DNA of 64,000 nucleotides from Terriglobia bacterium (GCA_965218585.1 CBDCLE010000007.1:39241-103240); one strand, 5' to 3'; positions 50,034 through 59,730 are shown, counted from the stretch's first letter. A program made the numbers and translations. Notes: a model not told the origin generated them from the sequence alone.

Positions 50034-50789
50034 CTAAACAACACCATAGCCGCCGTCAGCGCGAATGATCTCGCCTGCAATCCAGGTGGCCCCCGGATCG
50101 GCCAGGTTCACGATCCAGCGGGCCACGTCTTCGGGCTGCCCAATGCGACTCAAGGGGACCGCTTCCGCTAGCTGCTTGTTCGCCGCCTCGACCATCTCCG
50201 GCGAGAATCCAGACTTCGAGAGAATGGGCGTATCGACCGGACCCGGCGCGACACAGTTAACCCGTATCTTCTGTGGGGCAAGCTCCAGAGCCAGACATCG
50301 TGTGACGTGTTCCAGTGCGGCCTTGCTGGCGCAGTAAGCCGTCGCACCCGCACCCGCCTTCTGAGCCATCGTGCTGGAGACGTTCACGACGGTTCCTTCA
50401 GCCTTCGCCAGTTCCGCCAGGCAGTATCGAATCAAGAGCATCGGTCCGGTGATGTTGGTCCGCCACATCTGATCCAGAAACTCTGACTCCACCGAATCGA
50501 CAGGGGACATGCCGAACATGCCGGCATTGTTGACGAGAATGTCGAGCCGTCCCCCCCATTCGATCGCCCTTTCGGCCAGGGCCTTCACGTCATCGGTCTT
50601 CGCCATGTCCGCGACAACGCATTCGACATTCGCATTTTCAGCTTTGACCGCTTCCAGGGTTGAAGCCGTTCGTCCCGAAACGACCACCCGGCATCCGCGT
50701 TCGGCCATCATCAGGGCTGCGGAACGGCCCATTCCGGTTCCTCCACCAGTCACCAGAGCCACCTTCCCCGCAAAAGAGTCATCAGACAT
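50034..50789 (-). CDS. SDR oxidoreductase
   Basis: TGGGTGMG, NNAG, YCASK, PG and DGG motifs. Confidence 0.92.
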   Translation of the reverse strand: MSDDSFAGKVALVTGGGTGMGRSAALMMAERGCRVVVSGRTASTLEAVKAENANVECVVADMAKTDDVKALAERAIEWGGRLDILVNNAGMFGMSPVDSVESEFLDQMWRTNITGPMLLIRYCLAELAKAEGTVVNVSSTMAQKAGAGATAYCASKAALEHVTRCLALELAPQKIRVNCVAPGPVDTPILSKSGFSPEMVEAANKQLAEAVPLSRIGQPEDVARWIVNLADPGATWIAGEIIRADGGYGVV

Positions 50790-50806
50790 ATAGATTTTTC
50801 TCCCTT

Positions 50807-52357
50807 TTACTGAACCACCGGACACGACGGAAGAAAAAATCTGGACTCTTCCGTACACAACTCCTCGGTCGCTTCCCGTTGCCTGTCAAGGGTCTCGAGG
50901 ACCTCGGCATACGGCCGCACTTCGCCATGAATCGGAACGTCCCGCTCGACCCTCAGGTTGCGCATGGAGACGTTATCGGGGTACACACCCCGCCACCAAT
51001 AAATCTCCCAGGACACGTCAAAAAGGTCTGCCTGAATGGAAAGGCCCTCGCCCGGAACATGCGCGAAAAGAGCTTCCGACATGTGGTCATCACCGACTAT
51101 GTGGTACAGATCCACCTCCATCGAATTGTCGGCGAGTTCCATTTCGTCGTCCACACCGACAAACCTGAATGGCATCGGGTTTCGGCTGAGAAAGTCGGGT
51201 TCGATGGTGGACGGCCGTCGAACGATCTCGCTGAACATGTCCCGGGTGGCGCGGTGGGCAATTATTGTAAGTCCTTCTCCGACTGCGGCCCGAACTCCAC
51301 CGGAGTGATCGAAGTGGTGATGCGACACTATAGCTTCGGTAAGCGGTTTGTCAGGCACCAAAGACCGCGCCGTGGCGATCAGGGCTCGCGTCCACGCTTC
51401 GTTCAGCGGCACCTCGAACATCGTCAGATGGTCTTCGAACTCAAAGACAGTCGAGTTGTGTCCCCGGTTGCCGTGCAGCAACCACACGCCATCGGCGATC
51501 GCATCGGCTTGAACCATTGGAACGAACGGGCCTGCAGGTGTGGCCGACCTTACCGCCTGGGGTGCGGCCAGATCATCGATCGCCACATCCACCGAATTCC
51601 GGCCCACGGCTATCGAACGCTCGATCAGGTTCCTGAAGTCGATGACCGTGTTAAATCCTGTGGGCATCCTGACGCCTTCAATTCGAACCCAGCCGGTAAA
51701 GGAAGTCTGATAGGTGAGGTCGCGAAGCGTCTCGTGATTGGCCGTCCAACTGACCCATACGGGCAGGTCCGTCTCCCTGTCGATTGCGAGGATATACCGG
51801 GTGCCGCCGGAGGGAGTGACATCGACGAGTTGCAGATTGCCCTGCGTCCGCAGGTTGTCCACCTCGGTCGACCCGTCGAGCGCGACACGGACCAGTGCTA
51901 CGGGATGCGTGTAGAGTTCCCTCCGAAGCAGGGCGGCCGTATTCTCGTTTGCCAGGCGGGCGTTACCGTTGGCGGCCACGTTATAGGCGACATCTCCGTC
52001 GAGAACAGCTGTATTCACGTTTGTGCCAAGCACGCTGCTGCGCAAAGCAAACGACGCCCAGTTCTGGTTGCGCTGACGCGTGCGGACTCGCATGTTCTCA
52101 AGATCGATGGTCCTTTCGTAGTCCAGGATGTTTGTCCACCTCTGAGGAGCACTGACGAGGGCGGAAGCGTTACCGCCCCCTGTCTGCTGGGCAATCTGAC
52201 CAAAGCCCTCGATCTTCAGGGTCCGGATGGACTGTATCCGTTCCTGGCCGCCGAGCGCTTCGGCGGCATTTCTGATGACCGCGGCCGCGGGCGATTGGCC
52301 GAAGACCTGCACGCACATGGCGCCGACAAGTAATAACGTCCACATACTCTTTCGCAT
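50807..52357 (-). CDS. Large exported MBL-fold hydrolase
   Basis: Signal peptide, AAEALGG, SHHHFDHSGG, ADL and PIHG motifs. Confidence 0.87.
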   Translation of the reverse strand: MRKSMWTLLLVGAMCVQVFGQSPAAAVIRNAAEALGGQERIQSIRTLKIEGFGQIAQQTGGGNASALVSAPQRWTNILDYERTIDLENMRVRTRQRNQNWASFALRSSVLGTNVNTAVLDGDVAYNVAANGNARLANENTAALLRRELYTHPVALVRVALDGSTEVDNLRTQGNLQLVDVTPSGGTRYILAIDRETDLPVWVSWTANHETLRDLTYQTSFTGWVRIEGVRMPTGFNTVIDFRNLIERSIAVGRNSVDVAIDDLAAPQAVRSATPAGPFVPMVQADAIADGVWLLHGNRGHNSTVFEFEDHLTMFEVPLNEAWTRALIATARSLVPDKPLTEAIVSHHHFDHSGGVRAAVGEGLTIIAHRATRDMFSEIVRRPSTIEPDFLSRNPMPFRFVGVDDEMELADNSMEVDLYHIVGDDHMSEALFAHVPGEGLSIQADLFDVSWEIYWWRGVYPDNVSMRNLRVERDVPIHGEVRPYAEVLETLDRQREATEELCTEESRFFLPSCPVVQ

Positions 52358-52377
52358 TACAGCCTCCCTGGACTGAA

Positions 52378-53921
52378 TCAATTCACAAAAGGACAGCCGG
52401 AAAGAAACTGTCCTTCAAGGCCCTGGCACAACTGCTGGGCCCGCTCCTGCTTCTCATCGAGACTCAGGAGCACTTCGGGAAATGGTGTGATCGGACCGTG
52501 AATCGGAACGTCGCGTTCCACCGTCAGATTGCGCATTCGAACATTGTCTTCGTAGACTTCCCGCCACCAATAGCCCTGCCAGGAAAGATCGAAAAGGTCG
52601 GCCTGTACCACAATCCGCGCACTCGGCACGTAGCCCATGAGTGCTTCGACCATGTGGTGGTTCCCGATGATGTGGTAGAGATCGATCGCCATGGAATCGT
52701 CTTCCAGCCTGAGATGATCGTCGATCCCCACGAACTTGAACGGCGCCGGATTCCGGCCGAGGTGATCGGGATCGACAGTGGATGGCCGCGCGGCGATCTC
52801 GGCAAACATGTCTTCGGTGCCCCGATGGGCGATGATCGTCAAGCCTTCGGCAACCGCGGCCCGGAGGCCACCGGAGTGGTCGAAGTGGTGGTGGGACACG
52901 ATAGCTTCGGTCAAAGGTTTATCCGGAACCAGGGACCGGGCGGTTTCAATCAGGGCAAGCGTCCACGCCTCGTTCACAGGCACCTCGAACAAGGTCAGAT
53001 GATCCTCGAATTCAAACACGACCCCGTTATGCCCCCGGTTACCTCGGAGTAACCAGATTCCGTCGTCCACGGCTTGAGCTTCGACCCTGGGAACAAAGGG
53101 AGGTGGCGGGGAGGCGGCCCGGACCGAAGCTGGAGCGGCCAGATCGTCGATCGATCCATCCACCGTGTTCCGGTTCACGTAGAGCTTGCTCTGGACGACG
53201 TTCCTGAAGTCAATCGTCGTATTGAATCCCATCGGCATCCGGACGCCGTCGATCGGCACGTATCCGGAAAAGGCCGTCTGATAGGCCACATCAGCCAGCA
53301 TGGGGTCGTGGACCATCCATCTCACCGACGTGGGCAGGCCCGTCTCCCTGTCAACGGAGAGAGTAAATTCTTCGCCTTCCCCGGTCGTGATATCGACAAG
53401 CTGTTGATCTCCCTGATTGCGGAGGTTGTCGACGCGGGCTGCAGGGTCGAGCGCGGCGTGAACAAGGGCAACAGGATGCGTGAGCATCTCGATCCGCAGG
53501 TTCGCCGCATTACCTCCGCGTCTGGCCTCGCCTTCTGGGTTGACCGTGTATGCAATGTCGCCATCAAGAACGTTAGTCGTTACGATATCCCCCAGACTCC
53601 GGCTGAGCGTCGCCGTCGAAGTAAAGGCCTGGCTGCGCTGGCGGACACGGACCCTTTCGTTTTCCAGGTCGATCGTCTTTTCATAGGCCTGAATGTTGTT
53701 CCAGACCTGAGGCGCATCGACCGAAGCCGAGGCATTGGCGCCGCCGTTCTGGGCTGCAACCTGACCATAACCCTCGATCTCAGAGTCCGGATGGACTGTA
53801 ACCGTTTCTGGCCCCCCAATGCTTCCGCTGCCGAACGGATCACGTCCGGCGCAGATTGACCCATCGCCTGTCCACACATTGCGGTCACGATCAGACAACC
53901 GATCCAGATGTTTTTTCGCAT
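52378..53921 (-). CDS. Large exported MBL-fold hydrolase, tandem paralogue (frameshifts near 53770-53820)
   Basis: N-terminus MRKNIW..AAEALGG in frame 53580..53960; SHHHFDHSGG and PIHG in the main frame. Confidence 0.82.
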
Positions 53922-53941
53922 GTCCAGCCTCCTTGAAAGAT

Positions 53942-53966
53942 GTGCGCTCATAGAGCGCACCTACAG
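53942..53966 (-). repeat. GTAG-type REP element
   Basis: Minus strand reads CTGTAG-GTGCGCTC-TAT-GAGCGCAC. Confidence 0.7.
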
Positions 53967-54046
53967 AAGAATGCAACCTGAGGGGAGCAGTATATGGCTC
54001 ATCAGCCACCAGATACGAACGATTTTCACCCTCCCCGGTTCACAAT

Positions 54047-54083
54047 AAAAAAGGCCCCGACCGCTTAAAGGCGGCGGGGCCTT
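54047..54083 (-). terminator. Intrinsic terminator of the MetE-like operon
   Basis: AAGGCCCCG..CGGGGCCTT stem followed by a T run on the minus strand. Confidence 0.7.
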
Positions 54084-54114
54084 CGACACATCTGAACAGT
54101 TGTGCCGATTCTCT

Positions 54115-54916
54115 TCAGCGAGCGTTGACGCTGTAGCCGCCATCGACGGCGATCTTCGCGCCATTGATGTAAGAACCGCGGTCGGAGGCAACGAACGCAC
54201 CAAGCCAGAAACCTCCTCCATGCTTGCCCATCGCCCGGCCAGGATGCCCATCTTCTGGCAAGCCGCATCGAGAAACTCCTGTTTGGTCTTGCCCATCTGC
54301 TTGCCCATGTTTTCGGCCCAGCCTCGCGCCACTCGGTCGCCACCAGGCCCCGGGACGATCGCGTTAACGGTGATGTTGTCCTGAGCAAGGTCTTGTGCCA
54401 GATAGCCGGTCCCGTGATTCATTGCCGAGTTGTTCAATCCATGCGTCAGGGCGGGAATCATAACGCTTGTTGCCGCGACCCCGCTGATATTGATGACCTC
54501 CCGCTTCCGTCCTTGGCCATGTTAGGCAGGAACGCCTGAATAACGCGGAGCATCCCCATCATCTTGAGGTTGATATCGTCCATCCAGTCCGAGTCTGGCC
54601 ACTCGATCTGCCGGTCCATCCGACGGATACCCGTACCCGCGTTGTTGACCAGAATATGGATAGTGGAAAACTGTTCGGTCGCCGCCCCCGCGGCCGCCTT
54701 GACCGATTCCATCTCTTTGATGTCGGCCGCAATCGCCAGCGTCTGGACGCCGAACTCTTTCGCGATTTCCGCCGCCGCCTCGTCCAGCAACTCTTTACCT
54801 CTGGCCAGCAACACGACGTTGACACCCTCAGCAGCCAGAGTTCGGGCGATGTTCTTCCCAATGCCCTTGCTTCCACCTGTTATTACCGCATTTCGTCCTT
54901 TGAGTCCGAGTTCCAT
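54115..54916 (-). CDS. SDR oxidoreductase (frameshifted)
   Basis: MELGLKGRNAVITGGSKGIG, NNAG, VNAIVPG and C-terminal YINGAKIAVDGG across frames; HGLNN in place of YxxxK. Confidence 0.8.
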
Positions 54917-54935
54917 ATATACCCCTTCGTGTTCA

Positions 54936-55421
54936 CTAACCCATCGGTTTCGATGGGTCGCGTCCTCCGGCCGAAAGCCAAGCATAACGATCGGTGTCGA
55001 GTCCCGCGTAGTCTGGATCCAGATAGATAAAACAGCGCTGAATAAGGAAATCCCGCACTTCGAAGACATCACACCAGCGGCCGGCATGCGTGACACCCGC
55101 GCGCCAGTGTCCGTCCACGTGCTCTCCCGCGCTGGTGCCTTCGACGACAAAGGTGTCGCTGCCCGTCATGTGGAAATTAAAAGTCGCGTAGTCGTGTCGG
55201 ATTCCTTTGATCAACGCTCCGAAGTCGGAGAAGAGCTGTCCGATCTCCTCCTTGCCGGTGGCAAGCCCCCACTTGGGAAAGTAAACCTGTCCGTCTTCGG
55301 CAAACAGATCCAGCATGCTGCCGCCGGACGAGGTCACACCTGCCTTGTCAAACGCCTTCAAGTACTCCATAGCGACAGACTTGCGTTGCTCGTCGGTCAT
55401 GGTCCCTCGAGTGATTGCCAT
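54936..55421 (-). CDS. SnoaL/NTF2-like protein
   Basis: LDLFAED..VYFP, VVEG, WCDVFEV and IYLDP motifs. Confidence 0.82.
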   Translation of the reverse strand: MAITRGTMTDEQRKSVAMEYLKAFDKAGVTSSGGSMLDLFAEDGQVYFPKWGLATGKEEIGQLFSDFGALIKGIRHDYATFNFHMTGSDTFVVEGTSAGEHVDGHWRAGVTHAGRWCDVFEVRDFLIQRCFIYLDPDYAGLDTDRYAWLSAGGRDPSKPMG

Positions 55422-55541
55422 TCCGAAACCTCCAAGAGTGAAGTCAGGGGAACCCATTAAAGGGACGAACCCTTGAGAATCAGAAATCGATTCCGCAGTG
55501 TCCGTCCCTGATCACATATCGATCTTCAACCAAGCCAGAAA

Positions 55542-56480
55542 CTAAGAGGACAACTTGTCCTTATATTTCGCAAGCCACTGGTCGAACGACAGCAGGCCGG
55601 GATTCAGAGCCCGACTGGTGTCGACGCTGCGATTCCCCATGTACTCATCGTTGAAGTCCGCCCAGACCTGGAACATGTTACCGATATCCTCAGCGCCCGG
55701 GAAACCGAAACTGCGATACATATCGGGTGGAACCGCATTGTATTTCACGTCAATACCCATTCCGCTCGAAAGCTTCTCGGCCATCTCGCCGCCGGTCAGG
55801 TTCTCGCCCGCGATGCCGATGGTCTTTCCTATATAGGAGCTGTCCTTGAAAACTCCGAGTGCGCAGGCCCCAATGTCTTCGGCTGCGATTCCCGGGATCT
55901 TCTTGTCACCCATCGGAAACGTGATCGCATACTGGCCATCCTCACCCTTCGCCGGTCCCATGCCAAAGCCATACATGTTGTCCCAGTAGAAGGACGTCCG
56001 CATGAAGGTCGTGGGGACTCCGGCGTCGGTGAAAACATGATCCATCTCACCCTTGGCATCGTAATGGGGGCAGGTGTATTTTTCCTGCAGGGTCGGCATC
56101 CGGTCGTCGGTGATCGGAACCCACTGCCTCATGTCTTCCAGAGTGGACCAGACCACGTGCTCGACGCCCGCGGCCTTCGCCGCATTGGCCAGAGTCTGGA
56201 CGTTGTCGTTTTCCTTCTGTGTTGAAAAATGTGCCCAGAAGAACGTCACACAGAACGCACCGTAAGCACCCTGAAAGGCACTCGTGATACTCGCTTCGTC
56301 GTCGAGGTCCGCCGAAACGACTTCGGCACCAGCGGAGGCCAGGGCTTTTGCGGCGTCACTGTTGGCATCGCGCGTGATGGCCCGGACCGCGAACGTGCCG
56401 TCAGCCAATATCGCACGAGCCATTCCACCGCCCTGCGCGCCTGTCGCGCCCATAACTGCAATAATCTTCTTATCTGCCAT
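55542..56480 (-). CDS. NmrA/HSCARG-family protein
   Basis: GATGAQGG, WSTLED and PHYDAKG motifs. Confidence 0.9.
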   Translation of the reverse strand: MADKKIIAVMGATGAQGGGMARAILADGTFAVRAITRDANSDAAKALASAGAEVVSADLDDEASITSAFQGAYGAFCVTFFWAHFSTQKENDNVQTLANAAKAAGVEHVVWSTLEDMRQWVPITDDRMPTLQEKYTCPHYDAKGEMDHVFTDAGVPTTFMRTSFYWDNMYGFGMGPAKGEDGQYAITFPMGDKKIPGIAAEDIGACALGVFKDSSYIGKTIGIAGENLTGGEMAEKLSSGMGIDVKYNAVPPDMYRSFGFPGAEDIGNMFQVWADFNDEYMGNRSVDTSRALNPGLLSFDQWLAKYKDKLSS

Positions 56481-56541
56481 TTCTGTCTTCTCCGTTCTGA
56501 TGATTATGGGTGACCCTCGGACGGCCACCCGGTTGAAAAAA

Positions 56542-57645
56542 TTACGAGCGACCGTTCAATTCCTTACGGACAATCGCTGCACCCTGCGCAAGTGCCTTGA
56601 GTTTCATCCTGGCGACCATCCGGGGAAGTGGCTTCATCCCGCAATCGGTGCTCAGGGTCACACGCTCCGGGGAAACCACATCGATAACCCTCCGAATGCG
56701 GTCGGCCACCTGCTCGGGTGTTTCGACCATCATCGTGCGGATATCGATGACACCAATCTGCACTTCCTTGTCCCTGGGTAGCGAGCTGAGACAGTCGATA
56801 TCGGACATGTCGCGATTCGCGAAGTCGAGGACGAATTGGTCGATGGGAACATCGTAGAAGTGAGGCAGAACGGTGGCGTAGTCACTGGGAACAACGGAAT
56901 TGCCCCACGCGTTTCCAAAGCAGAAATGCCAGCCGATCTTCGCATCGACGCCGTCGATGCACTGCGCGACGACCTCCCCGATCCAGTCATAATCCTTCTC
57001 GTCATTGGTAAAGACGGGGAGCCAGGCGCCAAGATCTTCCAACTGAAGGTAATTGGCTCCTGCCTCGACCAGTTCCTTCATCTCGGCGTTGAAGATCGGA
57101 GCGAGGGCAAAGCTGAGCTCGCGGGCATCCTTGTAATGCTCAAAGTAGACGTGCCAGGCGAGGTTGACCGGCCCGGCGCCGACGGAAACCTTCATCGGCT
57201 TCGTCGCATACTTCCTGCCAATCTTGTAGAGATCAGTCAAACGGATCGGTCCCCGCGAGACGGGACCATCGTTGACCACACCGCCCCAATCGGCAAGGAG
57301 TTCGATCTCCTTTGTCCGCTCTGCGGCTCCGATCTCCGAGGGATGTGCTTCCTTCGCGGCCTGAAATCCGGGAATCCGCTCGTACATGTACCAGCAGAAC
57401 GAGCCGATCACGCCGACGTAATCGTCGTAGGACATTTGGCCGTCAGTGATGATGTCGAGGCCAGCCTCCTCCTGATCGTGAATGACCGCCTGCGTGGCAT
57501 CGTGATAAGCCTCTTCGTGTCCCACCTCTTTAAACGCGACTCGAACGTCACGGCCAAGAAGCTCATATCTGTACCACGCCGGCCTTGGATACGATCCCAC
57601 CATGGTCGTTGGGAGTATCGTGTCGACGATTTTCTTAACAGGCAT
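56542..57645 (-). CDS. Single-barrel cobalamin-independent methionine synthase-like (MetE II family) Zn enzyme
   Basis: TMVGSYPRP, QEEAGLDIITDGQ, Zn ligands HFC and DCG, GVID and ETPE motifs. Confidence 0.88.
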   Translation of the reverse strand: MPVKKIVDTILPTTMVGSYPRPAWYRYELLGRDVRVAFKEVGHEEAYHDATQAVIHDQEEAGLDIITDGQMSYDDYVGVIGSFCWYMYERIPGFQAAKEAHPSEIGAAERTKEIELLADWGGVVNDGPVSRGPIRLTDLYKIGRKYATKPMKVSVGAGPVNLAWHVYFEHYKDARELSFALAPIFNAEMKELVEAGANYLQLEDLGAWLPVFTNDEKDYDWIGEVVAQCIDGVDAKIGWHFCFGNAWGNSVVPSDYATVLPHFYDVPIDQFVLDFANRDMSDIDCLSSLPRDKEVQIGVIDIRTMMVETPEQVADRIRRVIDVVSPERVTLSTDCGMKPLPRMVARMKLKALAQGAAIVRKELNGRS

Positions 57646-57810
57646 TCCGAACTCCTTCTTAACAAATATGAACGAGTGCTGAGGCTGGCTGGTTAAGGCT
57701 GAGCCCCGCAATCCTAGCGCACGCTTGGGGAGGACGTCAAGAGCTCGGGCCCAAGCTGTTAACTGCTAAAGTCAACCGGAATAGATTGATGGAGGTTCGG
57801 GAGACAGTTC

Positions 57811-57844
57811 CCGGCAAAATCTGCGTTAATTCAAATTACTGGCG
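57811..57844. promoter_or_regulatory. Repeated intergenic motif, copy 1
   Basis: CCGGCAAAATCTGCGTTA.TT.A..TTAC.GGCG, also present at 59697..59730. Confidence 0.6.
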
Positions 57845-57951
57845 GTCCGACCGAGGCCGAAGACCCATGCTCGAAGCCTGGCTAAAGTTCAGGTTTCGAG
57901 AGGCCCTTGGCCGACAGACCCGGGCCTCTCCGCGTCCCGAGGCGTGTCTTC

Positions 57952-58431
57952 CTACTGGCCAGCGGCCTCTGCTTCGACACTGGTGGTAAATCCCTGTTCC
58001 ATCCAGCCCTTCCAACGTTCGATCGTTCGATCGTCTCCCTGGCAGCCGGCGTCACTGGGGTTGAGAATCGAGCCGTCGTTCAATTGAACCCAACCCATAG
58101 CCCCGGCGGGTCGACCGTCCCGCAAGGGACAGTACATGAACGTCAAGACGTCGCCAGGCTCAAAGGTCGATCCGGTGATGCCCCTGCCCAACAGAGCAAC
58201 CGGGCCGGACGCTTCAAAGCCCCAGAGTGTGCTCTCTCCAGCTTCGCCCTCGACGTTCACATAAAGCCACGCATGGGGGTTGTTGAATGCCCAGCGAACG
58301 ACTTCACCGGAAACAAGGACCTGATTGCCGCGATCGAACTGCGAAAAGGAATGGTGGGCCTCGACTGTTGTCGCGAACAGGAGGCCAATGGCCAGCACCG
58401 TTAAGATCAACTTCTTCATCATTATCTCCAT
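57952..58431 (-). CDS. DUF6152-like exported protein
   Basis: Signal peptide ending VEA, then HHSF; NPHAW, WGFE, PGD and PLRDG motifs. Confidence 0.8.
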   Translation of the reverse strand: MEIMMKKLILTVLAIGLLFATTVEAHHSFSQFDRGNQVLVSGEVVRWAFNNPHAWLYVNVEGEAGESTLWGFEASGPVALLGRGITGSTFEPGDVLTFMYCPLRDGRPAGAMGWVQLNDGSILNPSDAGCQGDDRTIERWKGWMEQGFTTSVEAEAAGQ

Positions 58432-58475
58432 ATAGACAAATTGCGTTGAGACTACTCTTTTTCTATCCGGACGTT

Positions 58476-59453
58476 TCAGTTCGTCGGTAATTCCGTGTTG
58501 TAAATCGGATCGCGCGACTGGCCGGGAAGATCCGGGAACAGGCCCGATCCACGTACGTCCACGTAGCCTTCCTCTCCGGGCAGAAAGAAGCCGGTTGAAC
58601 CGTCGGCGTCCTGACGGGCGTTAGTAGCGCCGATGCATTCCCAATGCAAGACACGGTGACCCGCCTCTTCAATAGCTGTTCCCTGCCGAAAGGCGAAGAC
58701 GGCATGGATCGGTTTTTGAAGGGCGAACGAGTCGTAGAACGTCGCCTGAACTTCGAGTCTGAGGGTGCCATCCGGGTTGTTCTTCAGCTCCCAGATTTCC
58801 ACAGATTCGAACTGGTTGCTGGTCAGCGGCTGGTTTCGGGTGTACCCGGCTGGAAGCAGATCGACGGTATTCGTGATGAGCCGGTCTCCGTCCCAGAATC
58901 CTATGATGTCGCCATACCAGGAGTGGGTCCCGTAGACGTTACTGTGCTCGGCACCGATATAAATCCGGCGGATCCCGTTGCCAACGTCATTGATCTGCCA
59001 GGTCTGATCCGGGAGGTTGATGAACTCGTGAGTATAGGCCTGCCCCAGGTAGCGCGGATAGCCAGGCGCTTCGCACTGGGTTATACGATCGTATGTCGTA
59101 CCTCGCTCGGCCACGATCTCCCGGGTTTCCCTGAACTGCTGCTCATAGGCAGGGGTCAGTACGCCTTCGCGGATTTCCCCCTGGTCCAGAAATATCTGAT
59201 TTCTCGTGGTGCCCGCCGGCTGCCATAAACCGCTCCATTGCGGGACGGTCTCCATCGTGTGCTCGGTGCCGCCGTTGGCCTGCTCCAACAAATACGCATA
59301 GTGTTCCTCCGAAGTCTCAAACTCCATCGGAGGCAGAACAACTTCCAGTTGGGGACCTCCCCGTTGTGCCATGACTGTCGATGGAATGACGGTCAGAAGC
59401 AAAAGAACGAGACCGATCCAAGACAGGCCTTTGCTGAGTTTCATCGTCTTCAT
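58476..59453 (-). CDS. Exported Cys-pair hypothetical protein (divergent member)
   Basis: WSGLW, QCEAPGYP, RRIYI, WYGDIIGFWDGDRL and HWEC motifs. Confidence 0.75.
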   Translation of the reverse strand: MKTMKLSKGLSWIGLVLLLLTVIPSTVMAQRGGPQLEVVLPPMEFETSEEHYAYLLEQANGGTEHTMETVPQWSGLWQPAGTTRNQIFLDQGEIREGVLTPAYEQQFRETREIVAERGTTYDRITQCEAPGYPRYLGQAYTHEFINLPDQTWQINDVGNGIRRIYIGAEHSNVYGTHSWYGDIIGFWDGDRLITNTVDLLPAGYTRNQPLTSNQFESVEIWELKNNPDGTLRLEVQATFYDSFALQKPIHAVFAFRQGTAIEEAGHRVLHWECIGATNARQDADGSTGFFLPGEEGYVDVRGSGLFPDLPGQSRDPIYNTELPTN

Positions 59454-59696
59454 CCTCCGTGCTGGTGTCTCTTTTCTTTGTTGGCTGAACCTATCAGGTG
59501 AGGCACAACAGTGCCCCATATTAGAACATAATTAGGAATACTTTATGACACACGTAAATCGATTGCGAGACCTCTCTTCATAAACCTGCGATAGCGGGCA
59601 AGGAATGGCCTGTTGTTTTTCTGCCAAGTGCAGGTTTTGATCCACTCCCGACGGAAGCGGCCAATGCCTGTGTCCCTCGTCACCAATTACAAAGTT

Positions 59697-59730
59697 CCGG
59701 CAAAATCTGCGTTATTTGAGTTTACAGGCG
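59697..59730. promoter_or_regulatory. Repeated intergenic motif, copy 2
   Basis: The first 18 bp are identical to 57811..57828 and downstream positions are conserved. Confidence 0.6.

Noticed and set aside
50660-52333. 557-aa plus-strand ORF and similar long antisense ORFs (for example 60005..60967 and 22309..23226)
   Set aside because: They lie opposite well-supported genes and lack motifs, as expected in GC-rich DNA.
56542-57645. Naming the gene metE
   Set aside because: It has only one barrel and a non-methionine gene context, so its function is unproven.
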